A stretch of DNA of 62,261 nt, filler included. It is 6 parts of 6 records of this genome, joined end to end, with 100 filler letters (N's around TTAATTAATTAA, not from the genome) between each part and the next. Parts side by side here need not be neighbours in the genome. Positions count along the whole stretch, not along the records: positions 20,237 to 29,615 come from SRR2962707_1997; positions 29,716 to 38,201 come from SRR2962707_1999; positions 38,302 to 47,526 come from SRR2962707_2000; 3 more parts are not named here. One strand, written 5' to 3'. The notes beneath the pieces are model-generated. The model was not told the DNA's origin, did no database searches, and saw only the letters and a program-made list of their open reading frames with translations. Positions 28,189 through 38,828 of this stretch are shown in pieces (the first letter of the stretch is position 1; every line of letters starts with the position of its first letter). Position numbers and translations under genes: made by a program.

Positions 28189-29615
28189 ACGACCAAAAGA
28201 ACATGATCCTGGCCATCGCCCTGTCGGTTGCCATTCTGGTGCTGTTCGAGACTTTCTTTAACACCAGCACGGTCCCGCCGGAGCAACAGGCCCAGCAACA
28301 GGCGGCACAGCAGGGCCAGGGCATTCCGGCAACACCCGGCAGCAATGTCACCCCGCAGGCGCCCGCAATTCCGGGATCTGCGCCCGTCAACACCACCGAG
28401 GCGTATGTCGAACAAAGCCGCAAGGCAGCCATGGACAGTGTTCAGCGCATTGACATCGATGCACCGCGTCTGCACGGCTCAATTTCGCTCATGGGCGGTC
28501 TGATCGACGACCTCACGATGATCGACTATCACAAGACCATCGACCCCTCGAGCCCGGAAATCGTTCTGCTTTCACCGCGCGGCGCCGTCGACGCCTATTA
28601 TGCCGGATACGGCTGGACCGGTGCCGAAGGTCAGGCCATGCCGGGCCTGGACACCGTCTGGAGCGCCGACAGGGACACGCTGAGTGTCGGCAACCCGGTG
28701 ACGCTGAGCTGGGATAACGGCACGGGCCTGGTCTTCAAGTGCACGATCAGCATCGACGAAAATTACATGTTCACCATCGACCAAGCCGTCGAGAACAGCA
28801 CCGGACAAGCACTGACGCTTTATCCATACGGTCTTCTCAGCCGCTTCGGCACACCGAAAACGACCAACTTCTACATCCTGCATGAAGGTCTGCTCGGTGT
28901 TATCGATGGACAGCTCAAGGAAATCGACTACGACGACATCAAGGACGAACCGGCCGGCATTTCACAGGAATCAAACGGCGGCTGGATCGGCATCACAGAT
29001 AAATACTGGCTCACGACCCTGATCCCAAATCAGGCCGATAAGGTCCAGACCCGCTTCCTGCATCGCAAAGAAGGCCTGGTCGACGTCTATCAGACGGATT
29101 ATCTGGGTGCCCCCGTGGTCGTCCCTGCGGGCGGCAGCGCATCCAGCCAGTCGCACATGTTCGCCGGCGCCAAGGAAGTCTACCTGCTCGACGGCTACGA
29201 AGAAAAACTGAACATCCTCAATTTCGATCTGGCCATCGATTTCGGCTGGTTCTACTTCCTCACCAAGCCGATCTTCCTGGCCCTGCTGTGGCTGCACGGC
29301 CATGTCGGCAACCTGGGGCTGTCGATCCTGCTGCTGACCGTTGTCATCAAGGTTCTGTTCTTCCCGCTCGCCAACAAATCCTATGTTTCGATGAGCAAAA
29401 TGAAGCAACTGCAGCCGCAGATGGTCAAACTGCGTGAGCGTTTCAGCGAAGACAAAGTCAAGCTGAACCAGGAAATGATGGCGCTCTACAAGCGTGAAAA
29501 GGTCAATCCGGCATCGGGCTGTCTGCCGATCCTGCTCCAGATTCCGGTATTCTTTGCGCTGTACAAGGTGCTGTTCGTGACCATTGAGATGCGTCACGCG
29601 CCGTTCTTCGGCTGG
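28185..29615 (+). CDS. yidC: Membrane protein insertase YidC (3'-truncated)
   Basis: [12 protein letters not shown] and [20 protein letters not shown]; canonical rpmH-rnpA-yidD-yidC order. Confidence 0.96.
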
Positions 29616-29715
29616 NNNNNNNNNNNNNNNNNNNNNNNNNNNNNNNNNNNNNNNNNNNNTTAATTAATTAANNNNNNNNNNNNNNNNNNNNNNNNNNNNN
29701 NNNNNNNNNNNNNNN
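29616..29715. other. Artificial contig linker
   Basis: N44-TTAATTAATTAA-N44. Confidence 0.98.
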
Positions 29716-29806
29716 CCAAATGGAAATAAATCCCCGCCGGAGGCACCAAACGCCCCTGCGGGACGCAGGGGCAAACATCATGTCGCGCGTCAGCGCGTCC
29801 TTTGGA

Positions 29807-31210
29807 TCAGCTTGGCAGAATTTTACCGGGGTTCATGATGTTGTCGGGGTCCAGCGCGCGCTTAAGCGTGCCCATAACGTCCACCGCAGCGCCAAGCTCT
29901 GAAACCAGATAGGGGCGTTTGCCCTGCCCGATACCATGCTCACCCGTGCAGGTTCCCTCCATCGAGATCGCCAAACTGCTCAACCAGCTGATATACTCTT
30001 CGGCCCGGGCAACCTCTTCCGCGTCGTCCATATCCAGCAACAGCGACGCGTGGAAATTGCCATCACCTGCGTGGCCAACAATCGGCGCAATCAATCCCAG
30101 CTCATCGGCCTTGGCATTCGCGGCACCCACGGCATCTGCCAAGCGCGAGATCGGCACACAAACATCCGTCGCAACAGCCTTGCACCCGGGGCGCAGCGCC
30201 AGCATTGCCCAATATGCATCGTGGCGCGCCTGCCATAGCTTGTTGCGTTCCTCAACGGTGCTGGTGGCCTGATAATCCGACCCGCCGTTTTCCTCGGCCA
30301 GCGCGCTAAATGTTTCGGCTTGCTCGGCCACGCCCGCATCTGATCCGTGAAACTCTAGCAGCAACATCGGTGTTTCGGGCAACGACAGTTTTGAATAGCC
30401 ATTCACCGCCTTTACCACCATCGCGTCCAGCAACTCGATCCGTGCCACCGGCAGCCCGAATTGAATAACGCTCATCACGGTTTCACAAGCAGCCTCAACC
30501 GTTGGAAACGAACAGCGGGCTGAATTGATTGCCTCGGGGATGCCCTGCAATTTCAAGGTGATTTCCGTGATAATCCCCAGCGTCCCTTCGGAGCCCACCA
30601 TCAGGCGAGTCAAATCATAGCCCGCAGATGATTTACGCGCCCGCGCGCCGGTGCGGATCACTGTGCCGTCAGCCATCACGGCTTCGACTGCGATCACGTT
30701 GTCCTTCATCGTACCATAGCGCACCGCATTGGTGCCTGACGCCCGCGTCGCCGTCATACCGCCAAGCGATGCGTTGGCACCGGGATCAATCGGGAAAAAC
30801 AGCCCCTGATCGCGCAAATGAGTATTCAGCGCCTCGCGTGTCACGCCCGGCTGCACGCGGCAATCCAGATCACCTGCGTTGACTTCCAGCACTTGATCCA
30901 TCTGCGACAGATCAATCGAAATCCCCCCGGCGGGCGCGTTTACATGCCCCTCCAGCGATGTACCGGTGCCAAAGGCAATCACCGGCACCTTATGTGCTGC
31001 GCAAACCTTTATCACATCCGAAACGTCTTGGGTGGACCGGGCAAAGATAACGGCATCCGGGGCCTGATTTTTGATCCACGTCGTGGTATGTCCGTGCTGT
31101 TCGCGGATCGCTTGCCCAGTCTGGAGTTGCTCTGCGAACTGCTGCTTCAAAACCCCCAAAACGGTGGCAATGCCGGTTTCGTTTCTCGGAAAATCTGTCG
31201 GCTGTACCAT
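29807..31210 (-). CDS. FAD-linked oxidase (D-lactate dehydrogenase/GlcD family)
   Basis: FGTGTSLEGH, DPGANASLGGM, GSEGTLG, GHAGDGNFH, GEHGIG, NPGK motifs. Confidence 0.92.
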   Translation of the reverse strand: MVQPTDFPRNETGIATVLGVLKQQFAEQLQTGQAIREQHGHTTTWIKNQAPDAVIFARSTQDVSDVIKVCAAHKVPVIAFGTGTSLEGHVNAPAGGISIDLSQMDQVLEVNAGDLDCRVQPGVTREALNTHLRDQGLFFPIDPGANASLGGMTATRASGTNAVRYGTMKDNVIAVEAVMADGTVIRTGARARKSSAGYDLTRLMVGSEGTLGIITEITLKLQGIPEAINSARCSFPTVEAACETVMSVIQFGLPVARIELLDAMVVKAVNGYSKLSLPETPMLLLEFHGSDAGVAEQAETFSALAEENGGSDYQATSTVEERNKLWQARHDAYWAMLALRPGCKAVATDVCVPISRLADAVGAANAKADELGLIAPIVGHAGDGNFHASLLLDMDDAEEVARAEEYISWLSSLAISMEGTCTGEHGIGQGKRPYLVSELGAAVDVMGTLKRALDPDNIMNPGKILPS

Positions 31211-31225
31211 GTATAAGTCCCTTGG

Positions 31226-33004
31226 TTACTGACCAAGGGCGATGCCTTCGCGGCGCGGGTCGGCACCGCCGCTTAGACCGTCACCGATGGCGATCATATG
31301 CAGGCCCGATGTCAGCGCCCGCGTCGATGTTTTGTAGCCGAGGTTTTCTAGGGCGTCGACCGAAACCGCCATATCCGTGCCCTCCTCCAGATCATAAGTG
31401 CCGAACCGGTTCACCGCATGGGGCAAACTTGCGGCTTGCTGCACATCTAGCCCCCAATCTATATGCGCGATGATGGCCCCCGCCACATAGCCGATAATGC
31501 GGCTGCCGCCCGGGCTGCCCACCGCCAACACAGGCGCGCCGTCCTTCATCACAATCGTTGGGGCCATTGACGACCGGGGCCGTTTGCCCGGTTCAACCCG
31601 GTTGGCAATCGGCACGCCGTCCGTGTGACTGCGAAAAGAGAAATCCGTCAACTCGTTGTTCAACAGGAAACCGCGCACCATCAGGCGGCTGCCGAACCCG
31701 TTTTCAATCGTCGTGGTCATGCTGACGACATTGCCCATGCCATCCACGATAGAGATATGCGAGGTCGATGGCAGTTCGATCGCTATGTCATCGGCCCAGT
31801 TCAGCGCATGATCAAAGGCGGGCGTGCCGGGGGCCACCTCGGGCAGCGCATCATCGCCAGCCAACAGTTTGGCACGTTCAGCCAGATAGCTGGGGTCCAG
31901 CATGCCTTGTACGGGAACAGGCACATAATCGCTATCGGCTACATAGCGGCCACGATCCGCAAAGGCTAAGCGCGATGCGTCCCCGATCAGGCGCAATACA
32001 TTCGGGTCTTTTGGCCCCGCGCTTAGATCGTACCCTTCAAGCAGGCCCAATATCTGCCCGACAGCCAAAGCGCCCGAGGATGGCGGCCCCATGCCGCAGA
32101 CATCATGTGCGCGGTAGACGGCGCAGACGGCGGCGCGTTCCCTGACCTGATAGATCGACATATCGACTGGCGATAAAACACCGGGATTGCCCGCAGCCCC
32201 TTGGACCGTGGCGACAATATCTGCAGCGATATCGCCTGTGTAAAAGGCATCTGTGCCCTGATCCGCCAATATCGCAAGCGTCCGTGCATACTCAGGGTTT
32301 TTCAATGTCATCCCCGCCGTAATCGGCTGTCCGCCGGGCAGGAAATACGCCGCAGCGGTGGCAGAGCTTGCAAGCCGTTCAGCGTCGCTTGCCACAAGGC
32401 CGGCAAGGCGCGGCGATACGGTGAAACCCTTTTCCGCCAGCGCCGTCGCGGGGGCCAGCAGGTCGGCCCATTTCTGCGTGCCCCACCGTTCATGGGCAGC
32501 CTCAAGCAATGCGGGCGTGCCGGGGGTGCCGACGGATCGGCCACCAACGACGGCATCAAAGAACTTTAGCGGTGCGCCCGCATCATCCTGAAACAACTGC
32601 GGTGTCGCGGCCAAGGGGGCCGTTTCGCGGCCATCCAATGTCGTGAGTTCGCCGCTCGCCGCATCGTACCAGACCAGAAACGCGCCGCCGCCAAGGCCCG
32701 AACTTTGCGGTTCAACCAGTCCCAGTACCGTCTGCACCGCCACCAATGCATCCGCCGCCGTGCCGCCCGCAGCCAGCACATCCGCGCCCGCCTTAACCGC
32801 ATGGGGATTGGCTGCCGCAACCATCCAGTTTTCCGCCATCACCGGCTTGCCCGCGTCTTTGGCAGCAAAGGATGCGGTTACATCAGAGGATATAGCCTCG
32901 AACGCCCCGCCGCCTGCCGCCTCTGGTGCGACGCTATCCGCGGCCTGCTGGGCAAGCGCCCCACCGGCCAAACACACTGCAAAAGCTGTCAGGATCATAC
33001 GCAT
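31226..33004 (-). CDS. ggt: Gamma-glutamyltransferase
   Basis: Signal peptide; EPQSSGLGGG, STSHIS, LNNELTDF, KRPRSSMAP, ADPRR. Confidence 0.95.
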   Translation of the reverse strand: MRMILTAFAVCLAGGALAQQAADSVAPEAAGGGAFEAISSDVTASFAAKDAGKPVMAENWMVAAANPHAVKAGADVLAAGGTAADALVAVQTVLGLVEPQSSGLGGGAFLVWYDAASGELTTLDGRETAPLAATPQLFQDDAGAPLKFFDAVVGGRSVGTPGTPALLEAAHERWGTQKWADLLAPATALAEKGFTVSPRLAGLVASDAERLASSATAAAYFLPGGQPITAGMTLKNPEYARTLAILADQGTDAFYTGDIAADIVATVQGAAGNPGVLSPVDMSIYQVRERAAVCAVYRAHDVCGMGPPSSGALAVGQILGLLEGYDLSAGPKDPNVLRLIGDASRLAFADRGRYVADSDYVPVPVQGMLDPSYLAERAKLLAGDDALPEVAPGTPAFDHALNWADDIAIELPSTSHISIVDGMGNVVSMTTTIENGFGSRLMVRGFLLNNELTDFSFRSHTDGVPIANRVEPGKRPRSSMAPTIVMKDGAPVLAVGSPGGSRIIGYVAGAIIAHIDWGLDVQQAASLPHAVNRFGTYDLEEGTDMAVSVDALENLGYKTSTRALTSGLHMIAIGDGLSGGADPRREGIALGQ

Positions 33005-33030
33005 GGGGAAACTCCGTCTGTTAAAGGGGG

Positions 33031-34017
33031 TTATAGCATTGAGGGCACGACCTGATCCGGTGGGCGGTGGCCGTCTTCGAATGTCTTGATGTTGATGATA
33101 ACTTTCTCGCCCATCTCGATCCGGCCTTCCAACGTGGCGGACCCCATGTGCGGCAGCAAGACAACGTTATCCAGCTCGCGCAGGCGCGGGTTAATGTCGG
33201 TGCCGTGCTCGTAAACATCCAGACCGGCACCTTGCAATTCGCCGGCCCGCAGCATCCGCGTCAGGGCGTTTTCATCGATTACTTCACCCCGCGAGGTGTT
33301 CACGATCACGGCATCCGGCTTCATCAGTTTCAGTCGACGCGCGTTCATCAAATGAAAGGTGCTGGGGGTATGCGGGCAGTTGATGCTAAGCACGTCCATC
33401 CGCGCGACCATCTGGTCTAGGCTTTCCCAATAGGTGGCGCCCAGTGCTTCCTCAACCTCGGGGCGCAAGCGGCGGCGGTTGTGGTAATGGACCTGCATGC
33501 CAAAGGCGGCCGCACGGCGTGCCACGGCCTGACCGATCCGGCCCATGCCAAGAATACCCAAACGGCGCCCGCTGACCCGACCGCCCAGCAATGCCGTGGG
33601 GGCCCAGCCTTTCCAGTCGCCAGATTGCATCTGTGCCATGCCTTCGGACATGCGGCGGGTCACGGCCAGAATAAGCGCCATGGTCATATCGGCAGTGTCA
33701 TCGGTCAAAACGCCCGGCGTGTTGGACACCAGAATCCCGCGCTGGCGGGCTGTCGTCACATCGATATGGTCAACACCCGCACCGTAATTCGCGATCAATT
33801 TCAGCTGATCGCCCGCCTGCCCCAGCAGGGCCGCGTCGATTTCATCCGTGACCGTTGGCACCAGAATATCGGCTGTTTTCATGGCCTCGCCCAGTTCGGC
33901 GCGTGTCATTGGCGTATCGTCTTCGCGCAATGTCACCTTGAAAAGTTCCGACAATCGCTTTTCAACGACCTCCGGCAACCGTCGCGTGACTACAACACTT
34001 AGCGGTTGCTTTGACAT
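33031..34017 (-). CDS. D-2-hydroxyacid dehydrogenase (glyoxylate reductase-like)
   Basis: GAGVDHID, GMGRIG, VNTSRG, LDVYE, LPHMGS motifs. Confidence 0.92.
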   Translation of the reverse strand: MSKQPLSVVVTRRLPEVVEKRLSELFKVTLREDDTPMTRAELGEAMKTADILVPTVTDEIDAALLGQAGDQLKLIANYGAGVDHIDVTTARQRGILVSNTPGVLTDDTADMTMALILAVTRRMSEGMAQMQSGDWKGWAPTALLGGRVSGRRLGILGMGRIGQAVARRAAAFGMQVHYHNRRRLRPEVEEALGATYWESLDQMVARMDVLSINCPHTPSTFHLMNARRLKLMKPDAVIVNTSRGEVIDENALTRMLRAGELQGAGLDVYEHGTDINPRLRELDNVVLLPHMGSATLEGRIEMGEKVIINIKTFEDGHRPPDQVVPSML

Positions 34018-34143
34018 TTTGAGCCTCCCAAATCTGGCTTTGCGCTTTGCTTGGTGGCATGGTGTCCCAAGCGGCGACGAGGCACAAGAACTTCGCGGCG
34101 TAAATGAGCACAAAATCAACCACCAAAGATCAAGCAGGCCGTC

Positions 34144-34653
34144 ATGACATCCAAGTTCCGTATCGCCCTATTGGGGGCGCTGGTATCGATTCCATTGGCT
34201 TTCAGCACCGCCCAGGCGGCAGAGGGGGTTGGTCAGGTCACCAATCTGCCTGTCCCCCGTTTTGTGTCGATGAAGGCCGCCGAGGGCAATGTGCGGCGCG
34301 GCCCGTCCCTGACCCACCGTATCGATTGGGTGTTCAAACACCGCGACATGCCCCTGCGCATTACGGCTGAACATGGCCACTGGCGCCGCGTTGAAGATCG
34401 CGATGGCATGGGCGGCTGGGTACATTATTCGCTGCTGTCCGGCACACGCACGGTGCTGATCGAGCAAGACAAAATGAAACTATTGACGCGCCCGGACCCG
34501 AACGCACCCGTTGCTGCCGAATTCGAAATCGGTGCCATTGCGCGACTGGGGCAATGCAGCCTTGAATGGTGTTTCCTGCGCGCAGACGGCTACAAAGGCT
34601 GGGCCCCCAAGGCACGTCTTTGGGGCGTTGGCACCCGCGAGATACGCGACTAG
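34144..34653 (+). CDS. Periplasmic tandem bacterial SH3-domain protein
   Basis: Signal peptide; LPVPRFVS, NVRRGP, WRRVEDRDG..GWV. Confidence 0.85.
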   Translation: MTSKFRIALLGALVSIPLAFSTAQAAEGVGQVTNLPVPRFVSMKAAEGNVRRGPSLTHRIDWVFKHRDMPLRITAEHGHWRRVEDRDGMGGWVHYSLLSGTRTVLIEQDKMKLLTRPDPNAPVAAEFEIGAIARLGQCSLEWCFLRADGYKGWAPKARLWGVGTREIRD

Positions 34654-34707
34654 GGTGATACAAAGCCCCATCGGCCCAACGACATTTGACAAGACAAGGA
34701 ACGACAC

Positions 34708-35697
34708 ATGCGCGCTATTACCTATTCCACATTGGGCGAAGCCCGCGATGTACTAAAGCTGGTGGAAATGGAAACGCCCGCCCCGGCCCAAGGCGAAGTC
34801 TTGGTGCGTTTGGCGATGTCCGGCGTGAACCCGTCTGATGTGAAATCGCGGCGCGGAAGACCCGGCATGACAAAGCCCCCCTTTGATCAGGTTATTCCAC
34901 ACAGCGACGGCGCGGGCGTGATCGAAGCGGTTGGGAGCGGCGTCGATGGCGCACGGATCGGCCAGCGCGTTTGGATTTGGAATGGCCAGTGGCAGCGCCC
35001 GTTTGGCACGGCAGCGACCCACATCACGCTCCCCTCGGCCCAAGCCGTCGATCTGGCCGATGACGTGTCGTTTGAGGCCGCCGCGAGTTTTGGCATCCCT
35101 GCCCTCACCGCCTGCCACGCAGTTTTTAACGGCGAAGATGTCAAAGGCCAGACGATCCTGATTCAAGGCGGCGCTGGCACAGTGGGCTATCTGGCCGTGC
35201 AACTGGCCAAATGGGCAGGCGCAAAGGTGATTGCGACAACCGGCAAAGACGGCGCGCGCCGCGCCCGAAAAGCTGGCGCAGATGTGGTGTTGGACTATGC
35301 CTCCCCGGACTTGTTAGAACAGGTGTTGGAGGCGAACGGCGGCAAGCCCGTCGATACCGTGATCGAGGTGGAATTCGGCGTGAACGTCGGGCTGGATGCC
35401 GAAGTGATCAAACCAAACGGCCGCATCGCAGCCTATGGATCGGCCAAGGAAATGACCCCGACCCTGCCGTTCTTACCGCTGCTTTTCAAAGCAGTCACAA
35501 TCGATATTATTCTGGTTTACCTTCTGACGGACGCCCAACGCCGGATCGCCATCGACAAGGTCCATCAGGCATTGACCGACGGCGCGTTGGATTGCCCCGT
35601 CGAGCAGATATTCCCGCTGGCCGAGACAATACGCGCCCACGATGCGGTCGAGGCGGGTGCGCGCAGTGGCGCAATCTTGGTTGATTGTTCAGAATAA
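34708..35697 (+). CDS. NADPH:quinone reductase (zeta-crystallin/MDR family)
   Basis: GVNPSD, PHSDGAG and GGAGTVG motifs. Confidence 0.9.
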   Translation: MRAITYSTLGEARDVLKLVEMETPAPAQGEVLVRLAMSGVNPSDVKSRRGRPGMTKPPFDQVIPHSDGAGVIEAVGSGVDGARIGQRVWIWNGQWQRPFGTAATHITLPSAQAVDLADDVSFEAAASFGIPALTACHAVFNGEDVKGQTILIQGGAGTVGYLAVQLAKWAGAKVIATTGKDGARRARKAGADVVLDYASPDLLEQVLEANGGKPVDTVIEVEFGVNVGLDAEVIKPNGRIAAYGSAKEMTPTLPFLPLLFKAVTIDIILVYLLTDAQRRIAIDKVHQALTDGALDCPVEQIFPLAETIRAHDAVEAGARSGAILVDCSE

Positions 35698-35833
35698 CAG
35701 TGCGGCGCAGGGCGGAATTTTCAAAAAATTCCGGACCGGTTTCTTTGTAAGAAATCGCACGCGATTGCAAAATTGCGTGCCACGGCACAGTCTAGGCCTG
35801 CGACCCTGTTTGTCCGGCATCAGGAGATGTACC

Positions 35834-37150
35834 ATGAGACTTCTTGCACTGATTTTCTGCCTGTTGCTGCCGCTGGGGGCGGCTGCCCAAAACACGACCA
35901 CCCAGCCCACAGGCACCATAACCATACAAGAAAGCGCCGCCGGCGACCGCGCCATTGCAAAGCGGATTCGCGATATCCTGGCTGAACTAGACGGGTATGC
36001 CAGTGTGGAGGTCGCCGTTTCAGCCGGCATCGTGACCCTGACCGGCACCACAGTCGACACCCAAAAGACCAAGCAACTTAACGATCTTGTCGGGCGTATC
36101 GAAGGGGTTGTCGCAATCGAAAACGAGGTGGCGGAAACCACCGATGTCGCAGACCGCCTGAACCCCGTTCTTGACCGGTTCAAGGCCCGCATCGCACAAG
36201 CCGTGGCGTTCCTGCCCCTTGCTGGCATTGCTTTGGCTGTTTTTGTCGGAATTGTTCTTTTGGGCTTTTTCATCGCAAGGTGGCAGCAGCCATGGAACAG
36301 AATTGCCCCGAACCTGTTCATCGCCGACATTTACCGACAGGTCATCCGAATGCTGTTTATCATCGCGGCTCTGGTGCTTGCCCTTGATATTGTCGGTGCG
36401 ACTGCGCTTTTGTCCGGCATTCTGGGTGCGGCAGGGATCGTCGGTCTGGCAATCGGTTTTGCCGTCCGTGACACCGTCGAAAATTTCATCGCATCCATCA
36501 TGCTATCGATTCGCCAACCCTTCCGGCCCAACGATACAATCGAGATCGAAGGCGACACCGGCAAGGTCATCCGCCTGACCAGCCGCGCGACGATTCTGCT
36601 CAGCTTTGATGGCAACCACATCCGAATCCCGAATGCGACCGTCTTCAAAAGCCGAATCGTTAATTTCACGCGCAACGCCGAGCGCCGTTTTTCCTTTGAA
36701 CTGGGTATGGCCCCCGATACCGATTTCGCCGCCGCGCGCACTCTCGCCCTTGAGACATTAGCCGCGTTGCCCTTTGTGCTGGATACGCCAGAACCCAGCG
36801 TTTGGATCGAAACCATCGGGGATAGCACGATTTCACTGCAACTTGCGGCATGGGTGGACCAAACCGATACCAGCATTGACCTTGCCCGCGGCGAAGCAAT
36901 TCGCCTAACAATAGCCGCGTTTGACCGCGCCGGCTTTGTCATGCCGGAACCAACCTACAGGCTGACACGCCCTGCCGAGGTGCCTAGCAAAGAGCCGCAG
37001 CCCCAAACTCCGGGAACGCCAGCAGCGCCCCCCTCGATGGCCCCGCAAGACGTCGATGCAAACGCAGAGAAAGCTTTGGAGCAGATCATTGATCAAGAAC
37101 GCGCCGGTACAGAGAGCGACTTGCTGACCGATCGAGCCGCTAACGAATAA
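35834..37150 (+). CDS. MscS mechanosensitive channel with N-terminal BON domain
   Basis: Signal peptide, BON-like VSAGIVTLTG, GLAIGFAVRD, PFRPND, IRIPN. Confidence 0.88.
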   Translation: MRLLALIFCLLLPLGAAAQNTTTQPTGTITIQESAAGDRAIAKRIRDILAELDGYASVEVAVSAGIVTLTGTTVDTQKTKQLNDLVGRIEGVVAIENEVAETTDVADRLNPVLDRFKARIAQAVAFLPLAGIALAVFVGIVLLGFFIARWQQPWNRIAPNLFIADIYRQVIRMLFIIAALVLALDIVGATALLSGILGAAGIVGLAIGFAVRDTVENFIASIMLSIRQPFRPNDTIEIEGDTGKVIRLTSRATILLSFDGNHIRIPNATVFKSRIVNFTRNAERRFSFELGMAPDTDFAAARTLALETLAALPFVLDTPEPSVWIETIGDSTISLQLAAWVDQTDTSIDLARGEAIRLTIAAFDRAGFVMPEPTYRLTRPAEVPSKEPQPQTPGTPAAPPSMAPQDVDANAEKALEQIIDQERAGTESDLLTDRAANE

Positions 37151-37189
37151 ATTTCACCCGAAACTCTGCATTTTTTCATCAATCAGGTC

Positions 37190-37218
37190 TTGCACCATCC
37201 TGAAACCCGGACTAAATA
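37190..37218 (+). promoter_or_regulatory. Sigma70 promoter of tRNA-Gln
   Basis: TTGCAC-17 nt-TAAATA just upstream of the tRNA. Confidence 0.6.
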
Positions 37219-37229
37219 ACGGCCAGTGA

Positions 37230-37304
37230 TGGGATGTGGCCTAGCGGTAGGGCACCTGTTTTTGGTACAGTAGATCGTAGGTTCGAATCCTACCATCCCA
37301 GCCA
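37230..37304 (+). tRNA. tRNA-Gln (anticodon TTG)
   Basis: Acceptor stem TGGGATG/CATCCCA plus GCCA; D arm GCC..GGC; anticodon loop TTTTGGT; T arm GTAGG-TTCGAAT-CCTAC. Confidence 0.93.
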
Positions 37305-37898
37305 CTACTCTTCTGAACATTGTTGCAAGCACCCGAGCCACCCGCTCTTGCTGTTTCTGCCCCAGTTTTCGCCCCAGCCGACCCCGCAACCTGTGCGGGT
37401 GCCACGGGTGACCCCTCCCAAGGTCTGGGAGAGGTCGTGGGCATAGCCACAGGCCTAGAGCAGAGCCCTCCAGTCTACCCCGTTGGCCCGTCTATCGCGA
37501 TCATCGTTCAGATTATCCCTCTTGTCCCCAATAGCTAGGTGGCGCGGATTAACGCAGCGGCGATTATGGCAAAGATGGCGGACGACCTGATCTCGATTGG
37601 TGGCTACTTGACGATGCGTAAGGTGTGTGCGATTAGAGTTTCGAAATCAGCGTCTAAATGTGGCGCTATTGACGTCGAGCCGAATGGCAGACCTCAATTT
37701 ACTGGCAAACAAGGGCCAGACGCATCCGTCATTTATTTGACCAGATACATCCAAATCAACTGATTATCTCGCGCGCGAGTACAATTCGTATGCGCTTACC
37801 CACGGTTAGCTATGGCTCAAATGTTGAGTCTGTTCACAATGGTTTTCAGCGATGAGGTGATCAAAATAATCAATTTTTGAAGAACTAGGACGATATTT

Positions 37899-38201
37899 AT
37901 GTTGCACCAAGAATCTAAACCTGTGGCCACCAAACTATCGCGCAAAGGTGACGCAGTCGCTATCGCCCCGAAAAGCGAAAACAACTATGATGAAGAAGAT
38001 AAGGCGAAGCTCGCTCGCTATATTGCCCAGCGCTTTGTTCGCCGGGATAATAAATTTTACCAGATTGCAAATTCTGGTACCGCTATTTCGGCTTCCGACG
38101 TAAAACGCGTGAGCTTGCACCAAGTCAAGGCGGCCTTCCCAGAAGTCGAAATCACCGACGAACTTTGGTCTGCAGTTTGCCAACACGCCATCAACGATAC
38201 C
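37899..38201 (+). CDS. Hypothetical protein (3'-truncated), probable island gene
   Basis: AGGA RBS; open to the contig end; lower GC than the upstream genes. Confidence 0.55.
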
Positions 38202-38301
38202 NNNNNNNNNNNNNNNNNNNNNNNNNNNNNNNNNNNNNNNNNNNNTTAATTAATTAANNNNNNNNNNNNNNNNNNNNNNNNNNNNNNNNNNNNNNNNNNN
38301 N
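38202..38301. other. Artificial contig linker
   Basis: N44-TTAATTAATTAA-N44. Confidence 0.98.
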
Positions 38302-38651
38302 TGAGTGAGTCCTCGTGAGTGTGAGTGAGTGGCGGTTGATTGGTCAGTCTGTTCATCGGTTTGTCCGTCGCCCCTTGGCCGCACCACCTTCAGCATTGAG
38401 TGGTGCTCGGGTATTTTGGTAAGGTTGGAACGCACTCGAGGGAACGCAGGGGGGTGGTGCGAGTGAAATGGCTAGCTCTTGTTGGACTTTTACTGGTGCG
38501 TTGGTGCACGCTCATGACACGAGTACCTTACCAACAGCCGGATAGAAACACCAATATCCCTTCGTTGCGGAAAACGGTCGCCAGCGTCCTGGAAGGGAGT
38601 GCGCTGTGGTCAAACAAGCGACAGCAACGGCACCAATATCGATACCGAAAA

Positions 38652-38722
38652 CGTTGCTGTTTCTTTTGTTGTTCTTTTTGTTGTTGTTGTTGCTCTGTTG
38701 CTGTTGTCGTGGCTGCTTGCTT
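38652..38722. repeat. Imperfect (GTT)n microsatellite
   Basis: ttgttgttctttttgttgttgttgttgctctgttgctgttgtc; TGAG repeats also occur at 38302-38330. Confidence 0.8.
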
Positions 38723-38828
38723 TTGATGATCCCCTTTTATTGTGGTTGGCAGTTGCACGTGTTGTGGTTGTCTTCGACTCAGTGGTGGGAGTGGAAACGC
38801 AGTGTAGCAGCGCGCGGCGCCAGTTGTG

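Noticed and set aside
21623-33004. Two gamma-glutamyltransferases as a duplication or shared system
   Set aside because: They lie on different contigs separated by a linker, so the proximity is coincidental.
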